Shown here in pieces: positions 27,649 to 36,734 of a stretch of 64,000 bases of DNA. Under the pieces are notes generated by a model. The model ran no database searches. It was not told the origin of the DNA and saw only the letters and a program-made list of their open reading frames with translations. Origin of the DNA: Pseudomonadota bacterium (GTDB lineage: Bacteria; Myxococcota_A; Polyangia; Fen-1088); assembly GCA_031407985.1 (NCBI GenBank), contig JANOJB010000060.1, forward strand, positions 5,713-69,712. Direction: 5' to 3'. The position numbers and the translations under genes are program-made. Numbering within the stretch: the stretch's first letter is position 1; each line of letters starts with the position of its first letter.

Positions 27649-29166
27649 ATGTTGTCGCCGCGCGCGGCCGGCCTGTCCCGATCAAGGACCATCCCCTGGA
27701 TCCTGGCGCGCGCGGCGTTCGTCGCGTGGACGCTGTTTCCGATGGGCCGGGCTGGCGCGGTTCCGATCGACGATCCCCACGTGGGAGGCATCGGTTTTTC
27801 CGGTCCGACCACGGGTGATCTGGCCGCTGTGTACTGGAATCCGGCCGCGCTGGGGTTGATCAGCGGCCCTCAGTTGATGTTCGCGGGCATCGGGACCAAC
27901 GCCACGACGACAGTGGCGCGCGCGCCCATCGACGCCACCGGAGTCCCAGGATCGGGTACCAGTTTCACCGACGTTCGCGCGTCGGATCGCTCCCATCCGT
28001 TCATCTGGCCGCCCGGACCGGGCGCGTTCGCCGGATTCGGTACTCCCATCGGAGGTGATCGCTTCACCCTAGCCGTCGCGACATACATGCCGTTCGTCGA
28101 TCGGTCCCGGTACCAGGCTCCCGCTGGCGAGGTCCTGGCGACCCGCTATCACCGCATCTCGTCGGATCTACGAAACCTGGCGCTGGTACCGGCGCTGGCC
28201 GTCAGGTTCATGGGCGATCTTCGGGTGGGCTTTGCCCCCGGCGTATTGTTTTCGACCGGACGGCTGTCGTTTGTCGAATCGACCTGCGTGCAGACCGGTA
28301 CCTGCGCGGGGGAAGATCCCGCGGGCGATGCCACGCTGGATCTGGGTTCCAACCAGGGAATTCTTTCATCGACGGTTTCATTCACCCTGGCGGCGGGTGT
28401 GTACTACCGTCGGCGCGCCTGGGAATTTGGTCTTTCGTTTTCCAGCCGGCCTCTCGGCGCTGACGTTTCTGGCGCGGCCGTGATCGCGGGCGACAAATCA
28501 AAGATCACCGCGCCAGGCGGGACCGGGGTAACTTGCGGCAATCAAAATCCCGTCGACGGCAGCAACTGCCTGTTCGCCGACATCGCCTACAAATTGCCGA
28601 ATACTTGGACGGCGGCCGTGGCGTGGCACCCGCGGCCGGGATGGGAAATCGCGGCGATTGGTCGAATCCTGACCTTTCCCGGGAACGACGTGATCGACAT
28701 TCGCCTGACCGGATCGGTGGTGTCCGAGGCCGGCGTTCCCTCACACATCGTGCTTCAAAGGGGCTACGGCACTGTCATCGACACGCGCCTGCGTGCCGCC
28801 TACTGGCTGGGCGAACGGATTCGGATCGGCGGGGGCCTACGGGTCGAAACCAGCGCGCTTCCCGATCGCTCGATCAGTCCGGCCGCGCTTGATGGGCGTA
28901 AGATGGAACCGACGGTCATGGTGCTGTTGCGCCCGATGAAGCATGTGTGGGTCGGCGCCGGCTACGGGTTCACGTATATGTTTCCGGTGACCGCCACGAC
29001 GTCCGCGTTCGACCCCACCGCGGCGGCGGGTTGCGTCGCCGCCGGAGGTAATCTGGACGCCGACGCTTGCATCAAGCGCAATCAAGGATTGGCCCGTCCC
29101 ACGGCCGCCGGAACCTACAACCGCATGTCGCACGCGTTCGGCTTGTCGATAACCGCGCAGTTCTGA
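27649..29166 (+). CDS. FadL/OMPP1/TodX-like outer-membrane transport protein
   Basis: Signal peptide, then GGIGFSGPTTGDLAAVYWNPAALG, a hallmark of the FadL/Toluene_X family. C-terminal aromatic residue (ITAQF). ATG at 27649 is in frame with track ORF 27175..29166. Confidence 0.75.
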   Translation: MLSPRAAGLSRSRTIPWILARAAFVAWTLFPMGRAGAVPIDDPHVGGIGFSGPTTGDLAAVYWNPAALGLISGPQLMFAGIGTNATTTVARAPIDATGVPGSGTSFTDVRASDRSHPFIWPPGPGAFAGFGTPIGGDRFTLAVATYMPFVDRSRYQAPAGEVLATRYHRISSDLRNLALVPALAVRFMGDLRVGFAPGVLFSTGRLSFVESTCVQTGTCAGEDPAGDATLDLGSNQGILSSTVSFTLAAGVYYRRRAWEFGLSFSSRPLGADVSGAAVIAGDKSKITAPGGTGVTCGNQNPVDGSNCLFADIAYKLPNTWTAAVAWHPRPGWEIAAIGRILTFPGNDVIDIRLTGSVVSEAGVPSHIVLQRGYGTVIDTRLRAAYWLGERIRIGGGLRVETSALPDRSISPAALDGRKMEPTVMVLLRPMKHVWVGAGYGFTYMFPVTATTSAFDPTAAAGCVAAGGNLDADACIKRNQGLARPTAAGTYNRMSHAFGLSITAQF

Positions 29167-29178
29167 TAAACCGACCCT

Positions 29179-30642
29179 GTGCGATTCGAATCGCGCGTTT
29201 GGTCGACCGCTTCGTCGGCCGTCGGGATTTTCGGCATGCTGTCGATAGGCGGAGTCACTTTGTCCTGCGTGGGCTCGCGCGGCGGCGCGGGGGGCGGCGT
29301 GCCCGCCAAGCGGTCCGCAGGATCCGCCATTGGCGGCGCGGTCGCGGTCTCTTCCGTCGCGCTGGGAGCCCTCACCGTTCGCAAATGGCGGCTCGACAAC
29401 GGTCTGGAGATCATTACGATTCCAGATGCAGGCGCCCGCGCGGTCAGTTACGTCACGGCTTTCCGGGTCGGCTCGCGCGATGAAAATGCCGCTGCAGGTG
29501 AAACCGGACTGGCTCACCTGTTCGAGCATCTGATGTTCACGGGAACGCGACTGGCGGACGGCGGCGGTGATTTCGATCAGCAGATCGAGGAAGCCGGCGG
29601 GTCGAGCAACGCGATGACCTCCCAGGATTTCACGTCCTACATCGACGAGGTTCCTCCCGAGGCACTGGATCGAACCATTCGCCTTGAAGCCGATCGCATG
29701 GTCAACCTGAACCTGGAACCGAAGCAGGTCTCCAACGAACGCGACGTGGTGATTCAGGAACGCCTCGGTACCGTGGAAGACAGCGTCGACGGCCTGCTGG
29801 ACGAGATGCTGTGGCGGCAGTCGTTCCGGGCGCACCCGTATCGTTGGCCCGTCATCGGCCGCATGGAGGACATCAAGGCGGTCACAAGAGACAAGGCCCT
29901 AGCGTTCTACCGGCGCCACTACGCGCCCAACCGTGCGGTCGTGGTCGTGGCTGGGCGTTTTGACGAAAACACGGTGTTGGCATCGATTCGAGCAGCCTAC
30001 GGGTCCCTGCCCCCGGGCAGCGGGACACCAGCCGCGGTGATTCCTCCCGAACGGGCGCCCGCGGCCGAAATCCGCGCGGACATCGAACGGCCCATCTCGG
30101 CCGATCGCCTGTTGATCGGCTTTCCCGCGCCGGCGCTCGGCGACGGGGATCGCGCCGCCTACGACGTGGTCGGTGAATTGCTGGCGGGGGGACCGTCGTC
30201 GCGACTGTACCGATTGCTGGTTGTCGAACGCGAGATCGCTTCGTCAATCACGTCGGACATCGCACCCACGCGCGATCCCAGTCTGGGGATGTTCTGGGTG
30301 CAAATGACCCAGGGACACGCGGCGCGCGAGGCGGAAGACACCATTTTGCGCGAGATCAAACATTTGGTCACCCAACCAATCGCTGCCGCCGAATTGGCCG
30401 CGGCCCAGAACCGCCTGGAGACCCAGTTCTGGCTGGAACTGGGATCAAGTCGCGGTCGGGCCGAGTCGTTCGCTGAATTCGACGTGACGACCGGCGACTT
30501 CCGCAATCTGGTCGCACGAGGCGCGGGCTACGCGCGGGTGACCGTCGACGACGTCGTCCGGGTTGCACGTACCTACCTGGACAGTGGCGCGCGATCGGTC
30601 GTGGTCGCGCGCCCCAAAGAACAACCCAAAGGGCAGCCTTAG
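29179..30642 (+). CDS. M16 (pitrilysin) family zinc peptidase, catalytic HxxEH subunit
   Basis: GLAHLFEHLMFTG contains HxxEH, with a downstream E-rich region (ERDVVIQE). Confidence 0.88.
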   Translation: MRFESRVWSTASSAVGIFGMLSIGGVTLSCVGSRGGAGGGVPAKRSAGSAIGGAVAVSSVALGALTVRKWRLDNGLEIITIPDAGARAVSYVTAFRVGSRDENAAAGETGLAHLFEHLMFTGTRLADGGGDFDQQIEEAGGSSNAMTSQDFTSYIDEVPPEALDRTIRLEADRMVNLNLEPKQVSNERDVVIQERLGTVEDSVDGLLDEMLWRQSFRAHPYRWPVIGRMEDIKAVTRDKALAFYRRHYAPNRAVVVVAGRFDENTVLASIRAAYGSLPPGSGTPAAVIPPERAPAAEIRADIERPISADRLLIGFPAPALGDGDRAAYDVVGELLAGGPSSRLYRLLVVEREIASSITSDIAPTRDPSLGMFWVQMTQGHAAREAEDTILREIKHLVTQPIAAAELAAAQNRLETQFWLELGSSRGRAESFAEFDVTTGDFRNLVARGAGYARVTVDDVVRVARTYLDSGARSVVVARPKEQPKGQP

Positions 30643-32105
30643 TGCCACGCGCATCGGCAATCGCTGTTGTTGCCGTCGCCGCCACCATCGTTTTGACCAT
30701 GCCCCGAAGCGCCAAAGGTCAATCGGCCACCGGACCGAAATCCAGCCTGGGCCCCGGTGCCGTGTCCCAGGCACCGGCGGGGACCACCGTCGTGCGGCGC
30801 TCCGGACCTTCTGGATCGCTGATCCTGGTCGAACCGAACCACGCGCTCCCGTTGGTCCACGTGGTTGTGGCGCTGCGATCCGGATCGGCCTGGGATCCAC
30901 GCAAGAAGGACGGCCTCTCGAACCTGATGGCGGAGGTTGCCCGTCGTGGCGCGGCGGGCAAGACGCGCGACCAACTGGACGCACGGCTCGACGGGCTGGG
31001 TGCCACGCTGGGCGTTCACACCGGCCCCGATTCTCTTCACCTTGAAGGTCATGTTCTTGGCCGATACCTGGGCGAATACCTGGCGATCGTCGCGGACGTG
31101 TTGCTGCGTCCCGATTTCGCCGCCGCCGAGATCGCCCGCACACGGCGCGAAACACTGGCCGACATCGACGAACTTCGGAACGACGACCAGTCACTTTGCC
31201 GTCGATTTTTCGTGCGCAATTTGTACGGCGACCATCCCTACGGTCATCCCGCAGAAGGAGATCGGGCCAGCCTGGAAAGGCTCAGGCGCGAAGACCTTCA
31301 GTCCTACCACCGACAACATGTTGTCGGACCGAACGTCATTTTCGCCGCCGCTGGCGCCGTGACCCCGGACGATTTCCATGGACGCATCCAGCAGTTGTTC
31401 AAGTCGCTACCCAAAACGGCGGCCCCCGGACCAAATCCCCTTGCCGTGCGCGAACCGTCGCCACCCAGCGGCTGGCGCATCCAGATCGTCGACAAACCGG
31501 ACCGGCAGCAGGCGCAGATCCTGTTCGGACAGTTTGGCGTGCGCGCGACGGATCCCGACTATGTACCGCTGCTGGTGGCCGTCACCAGTTTCGGCGGCCA
31601 CGGGATGAAGGCCACGCTGATGGACGAGGTTCGGTCAAAGCGCGGGTTGGCCTACGGGGCGTACATGACCCTGTCACAGCGTCGCGGCCGGGGATCACTG
31701 ACGGGATGGGTCTTCACCGCCAACGACAAGGCGGTTCCCACGTTGAAGCTGGTTCTGAAACTTTTCGTCGGACTGATGGACAAGGGAATCGACGACGTTC
31801 GGCTGGCGTTCGCGAAGGCATTCCTGGCAGGCTCGCAGGCCGCGGAGATGGACGACCCCGGCCAACGCCTGGACGCGCGCGTCGCGGCCGAGGTCGTCGG
31901 ATTGCCCCCGGATTTTGTCGACAACCTTCCGGCCCGAATCAGGACCGTGACCGCCTTGGAGGTCAAGGCGGCGCTGGCTCGAAACCTTCACGCGCGTGAT
32001 CTGGCCATCACCGTCGTTGCCACCGCCGCCACCCTGCGCCAGCGCTTGCTCGACGCCAAGGTCGATTCCGGGGCCATCGATGTCGTTCCGTACGAGAGTT
32101 ATTGA
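30642..32105 (+). CDS. M16 family peptidase-like protein lacking HxxEH
   Basis: M16 fold by similarity to the upstream gene, but the motif position reads GLSNLMAEVARRG. Signal peptide present. The GTG start overlaps the upstream TAG. Confidence 0.85.
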   Translation: MPRASAIAVVAVAATIVLTMPRSAKGQSATGPKSSLGPGAVSQAPAGTTVVRRSGPSGSLILVEPNHALPLVHVVVALRSGSAWDPRKKDGLSNLMAEVARRGAAGKTRDQLDARLDGLGATLGVHTGPDSLHLEGHVLGRYLGEYLAIVADVLLRPDFAAAEIARTRRETLADIDELRNDDQSLCRRFFVRNLYGDHPYGHPAEGDRASLERLRREDLQSYHRQHVVGPNVIFAAAGAVTPDDFHGRIQQLFKSLPKTAAPGPNPLAVREPSPPSGWRIQIVDKPDRQQAQILFGQFGVRATDPDYVPLLVAVTSFGGHGMKATLMDEVRSKRGLAYGAYMTLSQRRGRGSLTGWVFTANDKAVPTLKLVLKLFVGLMDKGIDDVRLAFAKAFLAGSQAAEMDDPGQRLDARVAAEVVGLPPDFVDNLPARIRTVTALEVKAALARNLHARDLAITVVATAATLRQRLLDAKVDSGAIDVVPYESY

Positions 32106-32134
32106 ACGAATCCTGGTTCTGCTAAGAAGTCCGC

Positions 32135-32686
32135 GTGCACGACAAATCCAGCGCGCCGCGGCCGCATCGCATCTTGGGGCGGGGACGATTCCTTGAACTG
32201 GTGGACGAGCAAGGGTGGGAATACGTCCGTCGCCACGCCTCTTCCGGCGTTGTGGTCATCGTGGCCACCACGGATCAACAGGAATTGGTGCTGGTCGAGC
32301 AGCCGCGCATTCCCGTGCGGCGACGCACCATCGAACTGCCGGCGGGACTGGTCGGAGATCTTCCGGACAGCGTCGCCGAATCGCTGGAGACAGCCGCCAT
32401 CCGCGAACTGGAGGAGGAAACCGGGTTCGTGGCGACTGCCTGGCGGTTGCTGGCCGAGGGACCATCGTCTGTCGGCATCTCGACCGAGGTCGTAACATTC
32501 TTTCGCGCGACCGGCCTGGCTCGGGTCGGTCCCGGTGGGGGTGACGATACCGAGGACATCACCGTGCACGTGGTGCCTGTGGCCGGCGTAAGCGCCTTTC
32601 TCGCCGAGAAGGCAGCCGCCGGCGCCTTGGTCGATCCCAAGGTCTTCGCGGCCCTGTATTTTCTGACCACCGAGGGCGTGAAGTGA
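32135..32686 (+). CDS. NUDIX hydrolase (ADP-ribose pyrophosphatase-like)
   Basis: Nudix box GLVGD..ESLETAAIRELEEETGF. Confidence 0.85.
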   Translation: MHDKSSAPRPHRILGRGRFLELVDEQGWEYVRRHASSGVVVIVATTDQQELVLVEQPRIPVRRRTIELPAGLVGDLPDSVAESLETAAIRELEEETGFVATAWRLLAEGPSSVGISTEVVTFFRATGLARVGPGGGDDTEDITVHVVPVAGVSAFLAEKAAAGALVDPKVFAALYFLTTEGVK

Positions 32687-33096
32687 GCGGTCCGAAAGTT
32701 CCACCCCCGACGCCATTCAACATGGTCGTGGACCAACCACAGGGCCCTCTGCCCTTCGTGCCCCGTGTCGACAAGGACCGGGGCGTCGTTTGGGAGTACT
32801 CCGTTGATCCCAATCACTACAATCCCTACGGGGTTCTTCATGGTGGCGTCACCATGGCGTTGCTGGATTCAGCGATGGGATACGCGGTCGCGGCCCACGT
32901 TCATCCGCAAGGGCGGTTCAACGCCGTCGCTCAGATGAGCATCACCTTCATCGCGCCGGTGAAGACCGGTGTTCTGCGCGCGCACGCCACGGTCATCAAG
33001 CTGGGTAAACGCTTGGCCGTCGTCGAGGCCCGAGCGGAGGCCGGTGACGGAACCCTGGTGGCGACCGCGACCGCCACCCACGCGCTGTTGCCCTGA
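32683..33096 (+). CDS. PaaI-family hotdog thioesterase
   Basis: NPYGVLHGGVTMALLDSAMGYAV and a C-terminal GTLVATATATHALL pattern. GTGA overlap with the NUDIX gene. Confidence 0.8.
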   Translation: MSGPKVPPPTPFNMVVDQPQGPLPFVPRVDKDRGVVWEYSVDPNHYNPYGVLHGGVTMALLDSAMGYAVAAHVHPQGRFNAVAQMSITFIAPVKTGVLRAHATVIKLGKRLAVVEARAEAGDGTLVATATATHALLP

Positions 33097-33130
33097 CTTC
33101 GTCCCCCGGTCCGACACCCGTTGCAGCGGC

Positions 33131-33943
33131 TTACGAACGGCGCGGCGCCCGGTTCAAAACGCGCCGGCTGCGCGCTGGATCGTTGGTGATGATCCCGTCG
33201 ACTCCCATGGCGGCGAATCGACGCAGTTCGGCCGGGGCGTCCACAGTCCAAACGTTCACGCGATAGCCACGCCGGTGCCAGTCCCGCACGGCGGCCTCCG
33301 TGCACAACACGTCCTCGGGATGCATCGAGAAAAGTTCCACCTTGGCCAGCAGGGGGCGGCGCGGCGCACGTGCCCCCGGCAGCACCACGGCCCGCTCGAT
33401 CAGCAAGCCCGCACGCACCCGCGGAGCCCGCATGGCCCAAGTCGCAACCGCGCGCGGATGAAACGACGACACCAACACCTGCTCCGCGACCTTACGCCCC
33501 GCTCGATCGAGCACACCGGCCACGCGGTCGACCAAGGACCGCACGCCGGTCGGTTTGATGCCCGATGCCTTCAACTCGACGTTGACCAACAACTTCCGCG
33601 CGCACAGCTCAAGTACTTCTTCAAGGGTTGGAATCGTCGCGCCCGATGTCAGTCGGATCGAGCGTATCGATTTCAGCGAGAGATCCGCGATGCGGTCAGG
33701 ACGGCCCCCCAAACGTTGAAGATCGTCATCGTGAAAGACCACGACCTCGCCCGTTGCGCAAAGCAAAACATCCAACTCCACGCCGTCCGCCCCGTCCTTG
33801 ACAGCCCTTGCGAAAGCCGCGAGAGAATTCTCCGGCTGAACCGCGCTGGCACCCCGGTGCGCGATCAGCAGCGGCGACCGACCCCGCCCGCGGGCTCCCC
33901 CAGACCACGACGGAGGGTTCCTCAACGTCCCCGGTTTGCGCAT
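33131..33943 (-). CDS. Glycerophosphodiester phosphodiesterase
   Basis: LLIAHRGAS..PENSLAAF..GADGVELDV..VVFHDDDL and VNVWTVD motifs. Confidence 0.85.
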   Translation of the reverse strand: MRKPGTLRNPPSWSGGARGRGRSPLLIAHRGASAVQPENSLAAFARAVKDGADGVELDVLLCATGEVVVFHDDDLQRLGGRPDRIADLSLKSIRSIRLTSGATIPTLEEVLELCARKLLVNVELKASGIKPTGVRSLVDRVAGVLDRAGRKVAEQVLVSSFHPRAVATWAMRAPRVRAGLLIERAVVLPGARAPRRPLLAKVELFSMHPEDVLCTEAAVRDWHRRGYRVNVWTVDAPAELRRFAAMGVDGIITNDPARSRRVLNRAPRRS

Positions 33944-34059
33944 TCCGACCGTGCGAAACTACCACGACCTCCCGCTGTCGCGTCGACCGCGCCACCTTTC
34001 TCCCGATCCACACTGAATATTCGGAGCCACGGAACCGGCGGCGAACTACACTCGTGGGC

Positions 34060-36477
34060 ATGTCAAAGTGGTTTGGCGCGCCCTGCCGGACTCGGGTTCC
34101 GGTTGCGTTGTTGTCCGTCGCTCTGCTGGCTGGCGCGACGGCGTCCTGCGCCCACCGGCCCGTGGCGGCGCCCGATGGTCCGGGCCGGCGTTTCCAGGTC
34201 GCCGCCGCTGCCGTCACGACCGTGCAATTCGAGGACGAATTGGTCGAGGCCCGGCTGGTTCTCCAGGCATTGCCCGCTGAATCCGCCGAGCGGGGCCCGC
34301 TGCGCGCGAAGCTCGTCCGGTACCTGTTGCAACCCCTGGCGGGGCTGGATCCCCAGAAGCTGCGCGGCGAGGCGCGGGATCTCGGCAGCACAGATGTCTT
34401 CGACCGCATCTTCGAATCCCTCCGTGATGCTTCGAACCTGTACGAGCCCGGCGAATTGTGGGCCAATCCGACGGCCATCGCCGCCGCGGAGCGGGATCTG
34501 CTGGGACGCGCGGCGCGCCTGGTGCTGGCGTTGTTTTCCCCTCGCGGAGCCGAAGCACAGTCCGCGCTGGCCTTGGCCGTACTGGTCACCGTCGAACCGA
34601 ACGCACCGGAATGGACCGAACGTTTCGATCGATTGTTGACTTGGACCGACGAGGCCGGGTTCTCCGCCGAAGGGGGCGGCCCCCGCCGCGGTCTCACGGC
34701 GGTCGATCTGCTTCAATCGGTCCTGGGCGACTGGCCCGCGCCCGCAGTGGCCGACCGCCTAAGCAGACTGTATGTCGATCGACAGCGGAACTTCTCGTCG
34801 ATTCTCAAGAAGCCCCTGCCGGGCGGCGAGGAGGCCCGGAGGGCACTGGGCGATCTGCTGCTGGCGCAAGGGGATGAAATGCAGCGGACGGTTCCCAACG
34901 TCGCCGCCACCTACCTGCGGTGCGCCCGCCTTGATCGGGCCGCGGCCGCAACCGCGCCGCTCGGCGACAAGCCCGGGGACGACCCCGAAATGCGGGCGCT
35001 GATCTCCTCGGCCGCCGCTCCCAACGCCGGTCCCGAGGCTACCCTCAAACTGGCCCGGCGTTTCCTCCCCCGTGTCGCGCTGCTGGGAGGGACCGCGACC
35101 GATAACCCTGATTTGGTCGTTGCCTTTCGGGTCCTCCAGGTTGGGCTTCTCCGCACACCCAACCACGCCGAGATGTTGCTGCTGTCGGCCGAGATCGCGA
35201 AGCTGATCTCCGCCCCCTTCCTGGCTATCAGGCAACTCGAAGAAGCGGAACAGCTCCTGCAGCGCAACCCCCATGCCGCCGGCGGCGATCAACTGGCACG
35301 TATCTCGGCCGAGCTGCTCGATCTCCATTTTCTGCGCTTGCGGCTGGTGCTGGATCCGGAACGCGCAAACCCGCCGCCGTCCGAAGAAGTCGAGCGGGTA
35401 CGCCAGCGTTCATCCGACACGCGACGCCGCTTCCAGGGCACCGAGATCAACGTCAAGGATGCGCAAATCGACTTCGAATTGGCGCGCAGCTACGTCAACT
35501 CCGGCATGATTGACCGCGCCCTCCCCCTGTTTTTGCGCGCCCAGGGTGAGGATCCGAAATCCAATCCTGAAATCACCGCCGAGTTCGCGAACCTGATGTT
35601 GAAGCGGGGCAACCCGCAAGAGGCCAGCAAGATTCTGCGTGACGGCCTTACCGCCTTGCGCACCGCCCCGCAGGCCAGCGCCACCATCGGCAGCGTCGAG
35701 GGGCAGTCGCGGCTCGAAAGACTGCTAGGAGATGCCCTCGATATCGGCGGCGACCGCTCGGGAGCCGAAAAGGCCTGGCGCAGCGCCGTCGCGGGGTGGG
35801 AACGCCTGATGATCGAACATCTGCACCGCAAGAACTACTCCCGCTCGGCCGAGGCGACATTCGAAATCGGGCGCGTGTTGTATCTGCTCGGTCGGCACGC
35901 CGACGGTATCCAGAAATTCGAGGAAGCGATCGAGCAAGACAACGATCGCGATCAGTCGTACATCGACTCCATCGCGTTTCTGGTGCAAAACGGCGAGGTC
36001 GACGCGGCGCTGGGCATCTACCGTCGGGCGTTGTCGCGTCCGGATCGTAGCGTGTCCGAGTACGTCAAGGTCTACGCATCGCTGTGGATCGTGGACTTGA
36101 CCCGTCGAACGCAGAAGGTGGCCGATCCCACCGCCGAAGCGTTTCTTCGCACCCTCGCCCAGCGCCATCCCGAGATTCGTCCTCAGCGCGGCGCCGCCTG
36201 GTACAGGCAGCTGGCGGCCTTCTCGGTAGGACGGATCGACTACGGGCATCTGGTGGCGGTTGCCAACACGACCGGCAAACGCGCCGAGGTGTTTTTCTAC
36301 CGCGCGATGCAGCTCCTAGCGGATGGCAAAGCCGATGAGGCGCACGAGCTGTGGCGCAAGGTTCTGGAAACGCACATGGTCTCGTTCTTCGAGTTCGAGA
36401 TGGCCTCCCGCTACCTGAGAACCGGCGCCCCCATGGTCCCTCCGTCCCCGGCCCTCCCCAGTACCGAAACGATTTGA
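34060..36477 (+). CDS. Large TPR-like helical-repeat lipoprotein
   Basis: ATG 34060 gives MSKWFGAPCRTRVPVALLSVALLAGATASC (lipobox). The rest is helical repeat sequence with TPR-like YxxA/LG patterns. Confidence 0.7.
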   Translation: MSKWFGAPCRTRVPVALLSVALLAGATASCAHRPVAAPDGPGRRFQVAAAAVTTVQFEDELVEARLVLQALPAESAERGPLRAKLVRYLLQPLAGLDPQKLRGEARDLGSTDVFDRIFESLRDASNLYEPGELWANPTAIAAAERDLLGRAARLVLALFSPRGAEAQSALALAVLVTVEPNAPEWTERFDRLLTWTDEAGFSAEGGGPRRGLTAVDLLQSVLGDWPAPAVADRLSRLYVDRQRNFSSILKKPLPGGEEARRALGDLLLAQGDEMQRTVPNVAATYLRCARLDRAAAATAPLGDKPGDDPEMRALISSAAAPNAGPEATLKLARRFLPRVALLGGTATDNPDLVVAFRVLQVGLLRTPNHAEMLLLSAEIAKLISAPFLAIRQLEEAEQLLQRNPHAAGGDQLARISAELLDLHFLRLRLVLDPERANPPPSEEVERVRQRSSDTRRRFQGTEINVKDAQIDFELARSYVNSGMIDRALPLFLRAQGEDPKSNPEITAEFANLMLKRGNPQEASKILRDGLTALRTAPQASATIGSVEGQSRLERLLGDALDIGGDRSGAEKAWRSAVAGWERLMIEHLHRKNYSRSAEATFEIGRVLYLLGRHADGIQKFEEAIEQDNDRDQSYIDSIAFLVQNGEVDAALGIYRRALSRPDRSVSEYVKVYASLWIVDLTRRTQKVADPTAEAFLRTLAQRHPEIRPQRGAAWYRQLAAFSVGRIDYGHLVAVANTTGKRAEVFFYRAMQLLADGKADEAHELWRKVLETHMVSFFEFEMASRYLRTGAPMVPPSPALPSTETI

Positions 36478-36524
36478 ACCTGACCGCTGTCGTTGCCCGT
36501 GTTAAACACGGGCCCGTAACGAAC

Positions 36525-36596
36525 GGTGCCGTGGCCAAGTGGTAAGGCGAGGGTCTGCAAAACCCTTATTCCCCGGTTCAAATCCGGGCGGCACCT
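36525..36596 (+). tRNA. tRNA-Cys (anticodon GCA)
   Basis: Cloverleaf folded by hand. Acceptor stem GGTGCCG/CGGCACC, D arm GCC..GGC, anticodon stem AGGGT/ACCCT with loop CTGCAAA, and T arm CCCGG-TTCAAAT-CCGGG. The discriminator is U, as expected for tRNA-Cys. No CCA is encoded. Confidence 0.9.
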
Positions 36597-36734
36597 CCGA
36601 AGCACCGGGCGGTCTATTGGACCCGCCCGTGTGCCCCCCCTCCGGCGCTCCGAAACCACGAAAACATCGGGTTGAGGTTCAGCCCGCGACGGTGCGCCGC
36701 CCCTGACCGGGGAACGCGAATCTGCCGGCGCCAC

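Noticed and set aside
26897-27685. N-terminal 263-aa extension of the HEAT-repeat ORF (track 25577..27685)
   Set aside because: The extension is Arg/Gly/Ala-rich and overlaps the Cys/His-repeat gene on the other strand. An internal ATG at 26896 gives a clean lipoprotein signal peptide.
30853-30868. parS-like palindrome core CCACGTGG (ttggTCCACGTGGttgt)
   Set aside because: Only the central 8 bp are palindromic, and the flanks do not match the GTTCCAC/GTGGAAC or GTTTCAC/GTGAAAC half-sites. It lies inside the M16 peptidase CDS, 26 kb from parAB. I found no convincing parS in the window by eye.
32969-34639. 556-aa plus-strand ORF, and minus-strand ORF 33726..34697
   Set aside because: They overlap the well-supported GDPD gene (minus strand) and the TPR lipoprotein (plus strand, different frame). 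The composition is junk-like.
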